Shown here piece after piece: positions 37,401 to 50,878 of a stretch of 64,000 nt of DNA. The DNA is from Oculina patagonica. Its lineage: Eukaryota. The notes beneath the pieces are model-generated. The model was not told the DNA's origin and ran no database searches. It saw nothing but the letters and a program-made list of their open reading frames with translations. The first letter of the stretch is position 1. The number at the start of each line of letters is the position of its first letter. The translations under genes and the position numbers were made by a program. Location: NCBI RefSeq assembly GCF_052425735.1, contig NC_135761.1:47368001-47432000 (forward strand), written 5' to 3'.

Positions 37401-38225
37401 GTAAAGTCATGCCATTTTAGACACTGTATGCAGCTGTGTAGGCAAACTTTAATACATTGACTATTATTATTGTAGTGTTGAATGTGTATCTTTGAAAATC
37501 CTCATGTAGTATTACTGTTAGGAGAAAAGCTTTTAGGATGTGGCAATATTTTTTCAATGCATGCACATGTATATATAGGGCTCAGTAGGGGGAGGTGGGT
37601 GGAATGTTTTAAGGCCAAACCTTTTAACTAAGAGGGGGTGTAAGGGTTTGCAATGATGCTTTGAGTTTATTAAAATATTTAGTTAACTTCGCAGTTATCA
37701 GTGTGATACATCTCTGTTAAATATCTAATGGATCCTTTCGCATCCAGTGGTTTTCCTTTAGTTAAATAAGCTTGAGTTAAGTGTTTTGCTTTATAAATTA
37801 TTGACATTGATGACAATTACCGGTAATTAATTTTAATTTAATCTGTGGCATTTGACTTTTTTCAGGGTTAACATGAGTTGCAGAGTTTGCAGAGCCACTG
37901 ACACAAAAACAGAATGTGGACAAGGACTTAAAAAAAATCCAACTCGATGTTTGGGTGTCGTCATGATGCTATTTTTAAGAGACTAGTAAATAACATGTAA
38001 AATAAAATCAAGAGAGCTGCATGTCCCAGGCTTGTGTCATGTAAAATAATTTCTTCACTATTTATCACCGAGCTTAAAATCTACCATCTTTATTATTATG
38101 TACTGCAAACTTGATGAATTCGACATTGCTGATCCTAGCAGTGTGCAGGATGCGTGTCACTTATCAACCTATAGTAAAATGCCCCAGCTCACAGCGAGTC
38201 TCACGTAGCTCAGTTGGTTAGAGCG

Positions 38226-39904
38226 CTGTCGCAGTGATCCTGGCATCCCCCAATTTTAGGCACCCCCGTCCCAAGATCCCTAGTGAATTTGGCATCCCCT
38301 CAGGGGATGCCAAGATCACTAACAGCGTTGAATACAGCAGACTGGGGCAAGTGAAGCAAACCAAAATTCCACTCAAAGACCATTTTGCTTTATCACTTAA
38401 TATATTTAGACTACTGTTACATAACCGGAAGTTGTGTTAAGCTATTGCACCATATGTACCCAGAATGCTTAGCGAATAAAGTGTTGTTCAGCAGATGGGT
38501 ACTTGTTTGGAAGCTATCTATGATATGCTAATTTGGCGACGAGGAACACCACAGCGACGAGAGACCCTACAAGCGTTCTCTGTGTGAGGAAAAAGTGTGT
38601 TTTTGAAGAGTCGGCGGTAGTCGAGTCGTCCACGTGCACACGGAAGGCGGCGTGGCGAAGGAGAGAGACGCAGTGAAAAATGGAGATGTCCAGCGAAACA
38701 CCGAGAAGAAAAGCGAGGGAGGAGCCAACCGCCGGAGAGGAACGAAAGGACTGAAGCCCTGAGAATTGTGCAGCACAAGAGACCCGGAGGAGCGGAGGCC
38801 GGGGAGAAGGGAGGGAGGAGAGACGAGAAGGACAGAGGAAGACAGGGGACAGGAGGGAGAGTAAGGGGAGGGTGGGAAGCCCCCCGGCGGGGGCGGTCTA
38901 GGGGGGGAAGGAGAGCCCTCGCTGGAGGGGAGGGGGGGAGGAGAGCAGAGGAGACGGGGGGCGGGTGCGCGGGGGCCGGGGGGAAAGCGGAGGGGGCGGG
39001 GGAGAAGGGAGGGGGATGGAGACGGGGGCCCTGTGGGGGGAGGTGGGGGGGAGGGGGGGGGGGGCGGGGGGGGGGGGGGGGGGAGGGTGGGGAGGGGCAG
39101 GAGGCAGTGCCGGGGGGGGACGCAACAGGATGGCGAAAGTGTTAGCAATGAAGCTTGTACTTGGAAGCATTTATTGATATGCTACAATCACAAAGCTTTG
39201 TTCATAAATTTAATCGTTCTTAGCAAACAATATTAGCGTCTTTGCAGATATGGAACTATGGAACTAAGGAAAACAAACTACCTATATGGACTAAACCGAA
39301 ATCACAAGGTAAAAGTCATTAAGTTAACCCAGTATTTACTAACCTTAACCTGCAATAAAACCGTTTGCTGATAACAATACAAACAAAAGAGATAAGTTCA
39401 CAGACTCGAGAGGTCAGTTTTCACGCCAAGCGATCGCATTCATATCGGTATTGCGTGACAGTCCTTTGTCAGTTTCTTGATCATGTTCGCATTTGAAATG
39501 TTCATTCACCGAGCAAATTGGAAGCTCTTACAATGCGCTTTTTATGTTTGAAATATTAAAGGTTTAGCGATAAGCACCATGTGCGTGTTAGTATAAGGGA
39601 TTTCGACGCGTGGTTCGGTGTTAACAGGTTTTAGGAATAATTACGCGGACTTGAATCAAACGGTTGTTTCAGTAGCTTTGCGAATATTTGCGAAGTCGTC
39701 AATACTGTTTGCTAAGAACGATTAAATGTATGAAGGCAAAGCTTTCTGATAAAGCAAAATGGTTTTTGAATGGAATTGTGGTTTGCTTCACTTGCCCCAG
39801 TCTGCTTTTAGTGATCTTGGCATCCCCTGAGGGGATGCCAAATTTACTAGGGATCTTGGGACGGGAGTGCCTAAAATTGGGGGATGCCAAGATCACTGCG
39901 ACAG
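38226..39904. mobile_element. Long-TIR non-autonomous DNA transposon inserted in a tRNA-SINE
   Basis: TIRs CTGTCGCAGTGATC.../...GATCACTGCGACAG extend about 170 bp or more, with a probable 2-bp TSD (CG). It splits GTAGCTCAGTTGGTTAGAGCG from CCCAACCGG...GGGTTCGATTCCC. Confidence 0.85.
38397..39186 (+). mobile_element. Degraded or poorly assembled Gypsy-like LTR element remnant
   Basis: LTR-like segment with AATAAA, then PBS-like TGGCGACGAGGA (38534-38545). The GATATGCTA end motif recurs at ~39177-39186, and the remnant is flanked by ATCAC repeats. Confidence 0.45.
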
Positions 39905-42631
39905 CGCCCAACCGGTATCTGGGCGACCATGGGTTCGATTCCCGTCGCGGACTCAGATTTTTTCTCTTTCCCACGCTCGTGTCATGTAGAATAAATTTCT
40001 TCACTAAGAAAAAAAATTATATTTTAAATGTAAACATATTTACAGTGTACTTCAGAAAACGGCCTGTGTCCAAATATTTTGAGCCCTCAACTACACAGGA
40101 CTAACATGTAGTTGTCTAATTATATCTTTGGTTGACCTTGAGGGAGATAGTGGAGTTAAAGAGCAATGTAATAATTTTTATTTGGAATGGTAATACTGAA
40201 ACTGATGGTACTGTAATTCTAAAGTATAGAAGTTTAAATCGTGATTGTGAGCAATATGCAGTACCAATTTCATTCTTATGTACTGTATGCTGTGTACAGT
40301 TAAATAATGTTAATAAGAACAGTTACAGCTATAATTTTAATTTTCTAAAGCTAGATTGTGTTCTATAAATATTCTAAAGGTACCATGCAGCAACCAAATT
40401 GTGACTCGTTTGCGTACTTTGTGAACTCCATGAAGAATGGGCAAGCAAGCAAACATGATTCTATGATTTGAACGACACTAAGATTGAGACTCAAAAACAA
40501 TATTCTAGCTTCCCAGAATTTTTTTTTTCCTGTAAGCGAAGCGAAACCCCCTTAAGAGGAAGGAGAGTCAAAAAGACATGTAAAAGTGTAAAAGGTGCTA
40601 TCATATTTTTTCTTCTTTTTTATTTTTTTTATTGTCTGGAACAGAGTACCCATTTTGCAATGTTTGTCTGGAACAGGGTCGAAAATTCAGCCTTTTTAGT
40701 CTCAGCGACACCCCCGTAGAAAATTTTGGGGATTACCCCCGCCCCCCCCCCCCGACACGGTAAAAAAGAATAAGGAACTATATTTATATTTATAAAAAAT
40801 GATTCATTTTTTTCTGTGTAATCAAATAACGACACTAAGATTGAGACTCAAACAATATTCTAGCTTCCAAGAATTTTTTTTCTGTTAGTGAAGTGAAACC
40901 CCTTAAGAGCAAGGGGAGTCGAAAAGACATGTAAAAGTGGAAAAGGTGCTATAATCTTTTTTCTTCTTTTTTTTGGGGGGGGGGGGGTGGGGTTCGAGAT
41001 GGGGTCACCCTGTTCGGTGGAAAGACAGAATGTCACTTCTTTGCTTCAGGTTAGTTTCACTCCGGTTTGCTTGTAGTTAGGTTCACCTCTGTTTGCTCGC
41101 AGTTAGCTTTATTCATCTGGTTTGCTTGTGGTTAGCTCTTACTCTCAGTTGCTTGTGGTTAGCCTTTCACGTCAGTTTGGTTGGAGTTAGCTTGGTTTGG
41201 GCAATATGCTGTAAACCTTCAGCTATAACCTCTGCCATTTCCATTCAAAATTAAAATATAGGCAAATAGTGAAAATGAAAATAAATAAATTAATGAATGA
41301 AAATCAACCTTATTCTAAATGTAGATGTTTATTATTTCCTTTATACTTTAAAAGTTAAGACAAGTTTTTTTCTTTCTTTTAAAGCTGGTAAAGCAACAAC
41401 AAAAATGCCTAATTTACCACATGATATGTCTATCCACCCTGACATGCAGCCCCCCCCCCCCTCCTTTTTTCTACATTAACGTTACATAACTGCCCGTTTT
41501 GCAGCATAAATTTCCATCCAGACTTCTGGATGATAATGCTGTCGGTGGAATTATGTTTTGATTGATTTGGTTTGTTCTATTATTTGGTGTTGCTGTACAC
41601 TGTACCCGGGAAGGGGGGGGGGGGGTATGTGCTGCTCAACAGGGTATGCTTTTTGGCTCTCTGACTCTGAAACAGAAACAGGGTATACAAATCACCCTTT
41701 TGACTCTGGAACAGGGTTGATTTTTCTCCCAGAATCCTGATTAAACACGTTAAGCTATGAAACTCCGCTCCTTTCATCACTTAATATCGAGGCCACAGAC
41801 GAAGTCAATTGAGCTTTTTGTGATATATGCTTGTGTTTTTATTCTAACTTCATATATTTCCATTGTGGATATTGTCTGGAACAGGGTACCCATTTTGCAA
41901 TGTTTGTCTGAAACAGGGTCGCAAATTCAGCCTTTTTAGTCTCAGCGACATCCCCGTAGTAAATTTTAGGGAGTACCACCGCCCCCCCCCCCTCCCAGAC
42001 ACGGTAAAAAGAATAAAAAACAATATTTTTTATTTATAAAAAAATAAATAAAATGAATAAACAATTCTTAGCCGTAAAATGGTACAATGGCTCAGGCTCA
42101 GCGGCACGCCCCCTGTAGTAAATTTTGGGGAGTCCCCTCCCCCCCCCCCCTCGGACATGGTAAAAAAGAATAACCTGGAACAATATTAATATTTATAAAA
42201 AAAGAAACTAAAAATTTTTAACCGTTAAATTGTACAATGGTCAGAATTCAAAGTTAAAATGCAAAATGATTAACTGGGGAGCGCCGCTTTTAGGCTTGCT
42301 TAAATCTATATATTCCAATCCACCACTATGCCTCCTCCTGTAAGTACCTTTAGGATAGTCTGTTGCAATAGGTCAATTCCTAGGTGCCCTTAGCTTATCC
42401 TTTGCCTATCCTATCCTATCCTTTGATTTTTTATTCTCGTGCACATTACACATGTTGTGCACTTGCCCCCATTATGAAGGTGAGGGTTTTGTGTATCTAG
42501 AAAATGGCCTATGGAGCTTTCCCATAACCTCTCAAAAGTCAGGTTTGGGCATGGAAAAATCAATCATATTATACATTCAATTTTCTGTATCATTTACTTC
42601 AAAAAAAATCTTCTTTCAGTCATGTGCTTAT

Positions 42632-45600
42632 TTATGGAAAAGCTTTTTCAGCGGCAGTCATGTTAGAAGTCTGGACAAGACGAGCAAAGACTCCATTCTT
42701 ATTCTGAAGCAAAACTTCAGGTTTGTCAAACTCAACCACTCGCCCCTGCTCCATAACCAACACTTTATCATAGTCCATGATGGTGTTCAATCGATGAGCA
42801 ATGGTTACTACTGTGGAATCTTTAAATCTGTTGCGTATAACTTCTTGAATCAGTCTGTCGGTCTTGAAATCTACATTAGCAGTTGCTTCATCCAGGATAA
42901 TGATCTTGCTTCTTTGTAACAGCGCACGCGCTAAACAGAGCAATTGGCGCTCGCCAACACTGAAGTTGTTTCCAGACTCTCTCAACTTGTACTCCAGCTG
43001 ATCAGGTAATTGTTGTACCAGGGACTTTAACTGAACATCTTCCAAAGCACGCCACAGATCAAGATCTTGATACAAAGAAAAAGGGTCCAGGTTCCTCCTG
43101 AGGGTGCCGCTAAAAAGGACAGGATCCTGAGTTATTACGGCCATGGAGCTGCGAGACGCTTGTAGATTTAGATCCTTGATGTTCACACCATCTATGATAA
43201 CCTGTATAATGAAAGAACAATGTATCATATTGATAAACAGACTTTACTTTTTTAAAGGAAGCCTCCACAGTTGAAACAGATTGCCATTAAAATGTGGGAA
43301 ATATTGTCTTGACTAAAACGTTCCTGCAGAAATTGGATACGAATATCAGCCATTTTGGGATATATGGCAGCGACAAGGCCTGAGGATTCTTTATGCTTCT
43401 CAACTGATTTTGCGTGTGGGACCGGTATTAACGATGTGGGTGTTCGAGTGAGTAACTGTCTAATGTTGTGCTCTTGGTTAATGAATAATGTGGGCCGTAA
43501 GGCACATCAGGTAGATAGTCTTTTTGAATGTGGCACTTAACATTCATTAACAGTTGTTTTATAATCTACCTCGCCTTCAGGTTCTGGCATTCGAAACAAA
43601 GCCGCCACTAAAGAAGATTTCCCAGCTCCCGTGCGACCTGCCACGCCAACTTTTTCTTTATCAGCGACACAGACGCTTATTTTGTTTAAAGTTGCCGGTG
43701 CTCCTTTCAAATATGCTAATGACAAGTCACGTAGTGTCAAGGTACCCGTTGTAGGCCACTCTTCTGGAGGAAGGGTTTCGGTGCTGTACCCAGGCTCTGG
43801 GTCGATTTCGGTGTATGTGAACACCCTTTCTACTGAGGTCATGTGATTTTCTGTTTCCGAAGCAACACGGATACCATATTGTGAGGCTTCCAATGTCTCG
43901 GCCGCAAAGGTGAGGGACATAGCTGCCAAAGCTATAACAAAAACAAACGATTTCTCTTTAGTATCATGTAAACTAGATGTAATAAAACTATGTTCTGTTC
44001 AATTTAAAAATTATTTGACGAGAAAAATCCTTTGGGATGACGCTTCGATTAGAATTTAAATTTATGGCTAATTATTATGGTTACATATAACGAGAAAACA
44101 GGATAGAAAATAGACTAGAGAATAAGTTTTATCGATATTTCGTACATTCAAGCTGTTTTTCTTCATGTGATTAGTTATGGTGTAGTATGACAAGGCATGT
44201 TGTTGCTTTTGGTTCATCGAATTCCAGGCAGGGATAAAATGTGTCATCTCCAGAAAGATTATCATTGTCGACAGAGGCAAAAAAAGAAAGACCACTTACA
44301 TACTCCAATGTATTTAACTCAAATCCATTCAATGCCAGTTGATCATGATTTCTAAGTTTAATACACACTGCTAATAAAATGTATATAACATAAAGAATAC
44401 GTTTTAGAATCGTTGCAGGTATGTTACAAATAAAACTACGGTAAATCTATTGACGAAACAAACTGTGCACAAAATACACAAACAAACAACAAGAAACAGA
44501 TAAAAGTCATGTTTCTTCTTGAATTGACAAAAACAGACTTAACACCAATTTCCAGTTGAACGGGAATAAAATAAAGAAAGAATCAAACAGAACGTAAGTG
44601 GTCTCAGTGTAAAAAGTTCACCGATTTTTTCGATACACAGTCTGTCAGATGACGACACATACCTGGACTTTGTGTTGCAAATAATGCTCCGGCGGACACA
44701 GACGTTACAAGAAAGTTACTTAAGAGGTCTCCTCGAAGGGCAAGCCAACGTGTAGAGGCCTTCAACAATATTAGGGCTGCTGTGTTCTTGTCTTGATATC
44801 TAAAAAAAAAAATATTTTATCAGGTTGAAATGGACCTTTTCATGGTACGTTGGTGTTACAAATTTATGGCTAAGCAAACCCATCATTTCGATACAGAGAA
44901 TCCTGCCTAAAAAGAAGTTCCGTTTACAAACCCTTCCTTACAAGGGTTACAAGTACCATATGCCCTTGCTTTACGTAAGTCTCTCTAAAGTTGTACAAGC
45001 CAAGGGCTTCCTTGGTGGTAAATTCTTAGTAGTATAAGTACACTTACTTGTAAAATTTCTGAAGGAAATCGTCCTCCATCTCTGAAGAGCGAATTACTTC
45101 CAATCCTGCCACAGTATCAGCAATAAGGGAATACACTGGACTGCATGTTATTGCCTCAAGTCTTCTTATCTCCCGAGCGGATTTCAAATAATATTTAGTG
45201 AGGTAAATAAACAGTACTGTCAATGGAGTACAAGCGATAAAAAGCCACACATTTGTTACCGCTGAAAGTATTGTAGCACTGAAAAAGAACAGGCACAGTT
45301 GAGTGGCAAAAAGAAACTGTCCTGGAAGCAGATCGTCCATGGACCCGATATCCTTGGAGAAACGATTTAAGATGCGACCAACTGGGTTAGTGTCAAAGAA
45401 TAGGACCGGTGCTTTCATAATCGTTTTCGTCATCTGGTCATGGAGGTTTTCTGAAGCCTTCAAATTAGCGAGGTAGAAACAGAAGGAGGATATCATCGTA
45501 AGAAGCAAGGATATCGTAACAATAGATCCGTACACCAGAAGCGTTGTAAAGCTTTTCTGCTGTTCAAACGGCATCTCAGCCATTCGTGAAAGCCACCAAT

Positions 45601-48600
45601 ATGGCGCAATCCACAACACTACAAAAAGAAACAAACGTGTACCATTGAATCTTGATTACGAGGCCTTTAATTAGGTTTGGTTTTATGTTGAAACTACTCG
45701 TGTCGTTTTTCGAAGTTGGGAATTAATTAGAATTGCAAAAACGAACAGTTGAAGCACTAAAAGAACACACGAATAGGTAGGGCATTTTTACTGAGGGGGT
45801 CCTTGGGAGGAAAGGATGAGGGGCGGGTTGGGTGTTTTCAAGACTGAGTTTTACCTCGATAAAAATGCTTGAAAGTGGTTTCATTTGCTTACGAAATTGA
45901 ATCTTGTAGCCCGACGTGACAGATCCACATGACTCACTACGAGTCTCCCACAGCGCAGTAGGTAGAGCATCCAACAGGTTCCTGGCTCCGATTGTGTTTA
46001 GGGACTCAGAATTTTTTCTAAGTAATTCAACTTGAAACTATATCTCTAGCTATCTTCTTTATTCGCCCTTTCAGTTTATCTAATATTCTAAACGTGATGC
46101 AATAAATACACACCCGGCTTTAAAGTGACCTTTCTTTCAATTTAAGTTACGTTTCTTTTTTAAAAGATGATTTCACTAATCAGTCTCATGACAACAACGA
46201 AATGAACTCATAATAACTACAATATAAGAGAACTATGTTACTAGACTAACTAGTACGTTTCGTGTGGACTTCATGTGTGTCTTCGAAATGTAGAGAATAA
46301 TTGCACTAAAAATTATCGCTTACCCTGAACAATAGCGAAGAAAACAATTAGGCTGATTATTAAAACTGTTGGAAGTGCAGCTCTAAAATACTTCCAGTAC
46401 AACCACCACTTGACAGTTCCAACCATTCTGTCCTCTTCTTCTTCTTTCAGATCCACCCTGTCACGATCTTCGTTAGCAGCATTCATCGATTTGAAGGTAT
46501 TCTCAGTCAAAAATGAAGAAATCTCGTTATTGTTATTCTCGCCATCGAGGTCTTGTTTTCCTTGAGATAGAAAATAGGAAGCCACTTGCTTGTCCTTTTC
46601 TATCCCACTATACGTTCCTTGACGAGCAACGGAGCCATTCCGCAGCATGATAATGTTGTCTGTTTGTTTGAGAAACTGTAACTGATGAGTGACCAGGATA
46701 CGTATCCGCCCGTCTAAGAACTCTTTGATGCATCTCTCAAACAAATGTTTTCCGACTTTGGCATCCACTGCACTGAGTGGGTCATCCAATAGGTAGATGT
46801 CCGCATCTGAGTAGATTGCGCGTGCCAGACTCACTCGTGCACGCTGACCACCACTGAGGATTACTCCACGTTGTCCAATCTCCGTTAGATCATGCTTTGT
46901 AAAGTGTGCTATATCTTTCTGCAAGTCACAGACCTCGATAACCTTGTCGTATTTTTGTTCAACGAACTGGTTACCAAAAACTATGTTCTCTCGCACAGTG
47001 CCTGAATAGACCCAAGGCGTTTGGGAGATGTAAGCTATTTTTCCAATACAAGAGATTTTCCCAGAGGAGATTGGAAGTTCTCCTAAGATACACATTAGCA
47101 AAGACGTTTTGCCGCTTCCAACTGGCCCTGTTATACCAACAAGTTGTCCATTGGTAGCACTCAATGATGCATTCCGTAATGCAGGACGTTCTGACATTTG
47201 GCTCCAAGAACATGAAACGTTCTCAAGAAAAACCTGTGGCTGAATGTGCTGAGATGTCTGTTCAAGTTTCCGAGCACTAACCAAGGCTGGTCTTCCATTT
47301 CTAAAACTTTCAATCCTTATAAATTGTGGTTTATACCTTCTACCTTTGAAATAAACTTCTAAAGGAGACGTTTTGTCTTTGTGATCCATTTCGCGTGTTA
47401 AGATGGCTTTCTTTTCTATCAAGCGTTGCATTCTATTACATGCAGCTTGTGCATCTGCAAGATAGCGTAGGGCATCCGCTATAAAAATCGTGACCACCAT
47501 TCTTATGTTAGCCAAGATAGAAATCAATGTAAAGACCTTGAACGACGTTAGTGGATGTTGCGTAAGAAGCAGTGTTGTGACTGAAACAAATCCAGCCATG
47601 GCAGTGCTGGTGAAGAATAAGGCGTAAATACTGGAGACGATAAATCCTCGGATGCGAATCAGTGAGGTTTCCTTTCTGTAAAAAAAAAAATTTTGAAACT
47701 GGGTTACCTTTGACTAGCGCTCAAATAACCATCTCTACCACTCAAATTAAACGGGCTCAAAATGATGAAACTATCTCTGTAAAAGAATATCTGACCCAGT
47801 TGTCTTATTTGTCAGCTCTCTGGATTCACAATCGGAGCGGCGGACCGGGGGGCCTGCGCCCCAGGGCCCCCGCGGGTGGGTCGCGATTAGATTGGTTATT
47901 TCCTCTTTCGTTTGCTTTTCGGTGGTAGAACAAACTTTTATCATTTGTATTTACTACTAGAACACTTATGCTACCCGCTCTTGTTTCCTAATGGCTTTAC
48001 TCCGCTGGCTATTGTTCCTCGTTCATTGACTATTGTTGATGAAGACATGGACGAGTAGCCTAACTGTTAAACAGGAAACTTGACTATAATTTAAAATCGA
48101 GCGATTAGTGTTAAACTGCGTTTTTACTGAAAACAATTAAAGTTTAATTCCATGTCTTTTGCTCAGAATAGGTCAGATGATTCACAGCGTATCCAACGCC
48201 TGTAATTGACCTTGCTCCCAATGTGCGACTTCATAGCTCAGTTGGTAGAGCATCACACCGGTATCGCGGAGGTCACGGGTTCAAATCTCGCTGAAGCCCC
48301 CAATTTTTTAAGGCTTCTTTCTTTGCAATTTCACTGCGAGGATCACTTCTTTACTTTACATCTACGGTATCTGCAGTTCATATATGAATAATTTCATATA
48401 CTACACTACATTCTATCCTTTCACGGGAAAATAAGAACTCACGATTGACCTTGCTCCCTGTGTGACTTCAATAGCTCAGTTGGTAGAGCATCGCAGAGGT
48501 CACGGCTTCGAACCCCGTTGAAGACCTGAATTATTTCTTGCTTCTTTCTTTGCAATTTTTTAATTGCAATTTCACTGCTAGGATCATTTCTTTACTTCAG

Positions 48601-50878
48601 TACCATCTTTCTTCCTCGCAAAATAAACTTTCAGTTCGTCTTTTGACATTTCTTTCAAAAACTTGGTGCCATTCCGAAACGGTAAGGCAAACATTGTTGA
48701 TGGTATTACTTAATCTTTTTCACTGCATAAAAAACACCATCGACATTTGCCGCACTCATTTTCCATATAAGGTCAAACGTAGGTATAATGGCTGGCAACC
48801 AAGATCCAGTGAACCAATGAGAAAGCTAGAAATGCTTTATCCTAGGTTGAGAATTTAATTAATAATTTGTATTAGCCCTTTTTTATGTCAACGTGTAATT
48901 TGTTTTGCGAACTACGATCCCATTTTGAGCGAGCTTGATTTCTACAAAAAGTATATCGTGTATATATCATTTGCTCTGTGAAAATCGTATTCGTTTAAGA
49001 TACATTTTTGAATTAAAGTATTTCTTTTACTTGGATATACTTCTATTCATTACTTGCTCCCAACCTTCCTTTTCTCTAGGCTTTTGATTCTACCAACCCA
49101 TCGCCTTCACGCCTACCAACCCTTTACCGTCCGCTCTCTCTCCCTTTGTTCTCATGGTGGGCCAGGTGACTATCGAGGAACACTCTAATGGAGAGGGCTT
49201 TTACCTGGGATTTGAAGTTTATCATTTTTCTTCTTTACAGTCACAGATATTAGTGAACATTCCGCAACCTTCAAACCTGCCCCCCCCCCCCCCCACCAGT
49301 GTCAGTCTTTTACCCTTCCGACATCTTCCCCTCGCGTATTCCACCACTTGATTCTGCCAAGCGCAAATACTATTTATTCAAGTTGTGAAAGTTGCATTGC
49401 CAGATCCCTCCCTTCTCCTTCCTTAGTCTATCCCCCTACTAACCTCTGCGTAACCTCTCCTTCAGCGGCGTTGTTTGCCGCGCGAATCTACCCTACGTTT
49501 TTTTAGCAGTTTAGCAGAGCTGGGTACAGGGTGAGTCACCGACAAAAACGAATCCTCGAGGAACCCCGAGTGAATTATGAACCGGGCTTACTCCAGACCG
49601 CCCGGTTAATAAAAAAACTCAAGCGAATTGAAAACCGGTTTGTTCCCCGGGATGCCTGTTTAATTTAACATTGATACCAACCTTCTTAATTGTGCAACCA
49701 GATCTCTGAAATTCCATTCCCAGGCATACATTTTTACCACCCGGATTCCTGTAATTATCTCTTTCATCATCTCCAATCGTTTGTCGGTTACTGCAGCTGA
49801 TTGGTGGCGTACCTTCCCAGCCTTATGAGCTGCAAACGATCCATATGCAACAACAAGAAGGAAGAAAGAAGCTCCTACCAAGGCTTGCCATGTGACTAAG
49901 TACCACACAAGAGCCATGGAGAGAACGATGTCCAGAAGAGCGAATGAAATGATATAAACGGCAAAACCCATCTGCTCGATAGCTTGTGCATCGTTGGAAA
50001 CAAGATTGATAGTGTTTTCTGAAATGGTGTCTTGTAAAGTACATCTATTAAGACTAAGAATCTGAAAAAGAAGCGAAGGAAAAATAGTTTTCTCATGTAT
50101 TTAGGACGATTCCAACAAAGTGATTTAGTTAAGCTTGGATGACAGTGCTTTTATGTCTACGTGCACAGAACCAACCCCTAATGCGAATACTGTAACAGCA
50201 ACAAAGCACTGTTTCCCATAGTCTAAAAGAGTTCCTTTCACAAATAGACGCCATTCTTCATCCGCTCGGAAAGACGAAACTGTCGGGTAAAAGGGCAAAA
50301 TCCTAAGCTGGAATTAACATGTTTGTTGTACGCTTTTAAAAATGCTAAGATGCATAACTTGCCTTTTTATACACAAGTCCAATCATGGCAACTTTCAGTC
50401 TGGTTGTAATCATTTCTGTCTTGAATACACCATGGCCTGTGAATACAGATCTTGCAATGGCGACCAAAGAAATACCAATAACAAACGGCAGTGTTTTCTT
50501 GTAACTGATGTCTGAAGCTATAGAAATGCTTCTCAAGAAGAACCATAGGAGCAAAGGAAAAACATTAAATGTTAACGTATAGAAAAACCTAAGGAACGCC
50601 ACAGTGATATAATCTCTGCAGGTAATAACTCTCATCATGGCCTTCCACAAGCGAGGCTTTGTTCGGTTTTGTTCAGACGATCTCTCTTCTGCCAGCCATT
50701 CCCTTTCCAAGTCAGCGACCAATCTTTCTGTTTGATATGAAGTTTCGACTGCAAACAAGTGTTTGTCTTCCAATGGTTGTTTGCTCCCTAGTTTTAGAAC
50801 ATTGCTTATCCAGGAGAAAGTCAACAGCGAGAGGAAACCTGCTTCTTCTTTTGGATTCCGAACCGGAACGTCCTCCAT
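42632..50878 (-). CDS. ABCC4: ABCC4/MRP4-like ABC exporter, copy C (7 coding exons, 1295 aa)
   Basis: Exons 50878-50363, 50061-49682, 47675-46324, 45618-45048, 44799-44663, 43931-43570 and 43201-42632 total 3888 nt, with the same architecture and motifs. Confidence 0.93.
48206..48600 (+). repeat. Two tandem units (~240 bp) of a tRNA-containing repeat
   Basis: TTGACCTTGCTCCC...ATAGCTCAGTTGGTAGAGCATC...GAGGTCACGG..TTC at 48206 and 48445. Confidence 0.75.

Larger units (their letters stand above)
35715..42308 (+). mobile_element. Helentron/HINE-like non-autonomous element with nested insertions (~6.6 kb)
   Basis: Sub-TIR AGTGGCGCTC (35717-35726) and GAGCGCCGCT (42279-42288); GC hairpin at 35731-35747; (CGTC)/(TACA) microsatellite at 35837-35872; short 3' palindrome-like TAGGCTTGCTTA. 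It is absent from the paralogous flank near 23450. Confidence 0.68.

Noticed and set aside
38770-39120. G-rich tract giving Pro-rich and Gly-rich ORFs; possible G-quadruplex array
   Set aside because: Aperiodic G/A noise inside nested repeats, open in several frames only because of composition. Most likely a low-quality consensus or poly-G artefact.
48225-48300. tRNA genes here and at ~1775-1847, 8215-8285, 22500-22565, 34378-34450 and 38205-39950
   Set aside because: A and B boxes are present, but there is no clean acceptor stem or cloverleaf and each sits in SINE-like context.
49080-49610. GC-richer structured-looking block in intron 2 of copy C; possible HDV-like ribozyme or LINE end
   Set aside because: I could not build a convincing nested pseudoknot by eye; it needs a covariance-model search.
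4768-50878. Calling the transporters CFTR or ABCC1-type
   Set aside because: There is no TMD0 and no long R domain between NBD1 and TMD2; the layout fits short ABCC4-like proteins.
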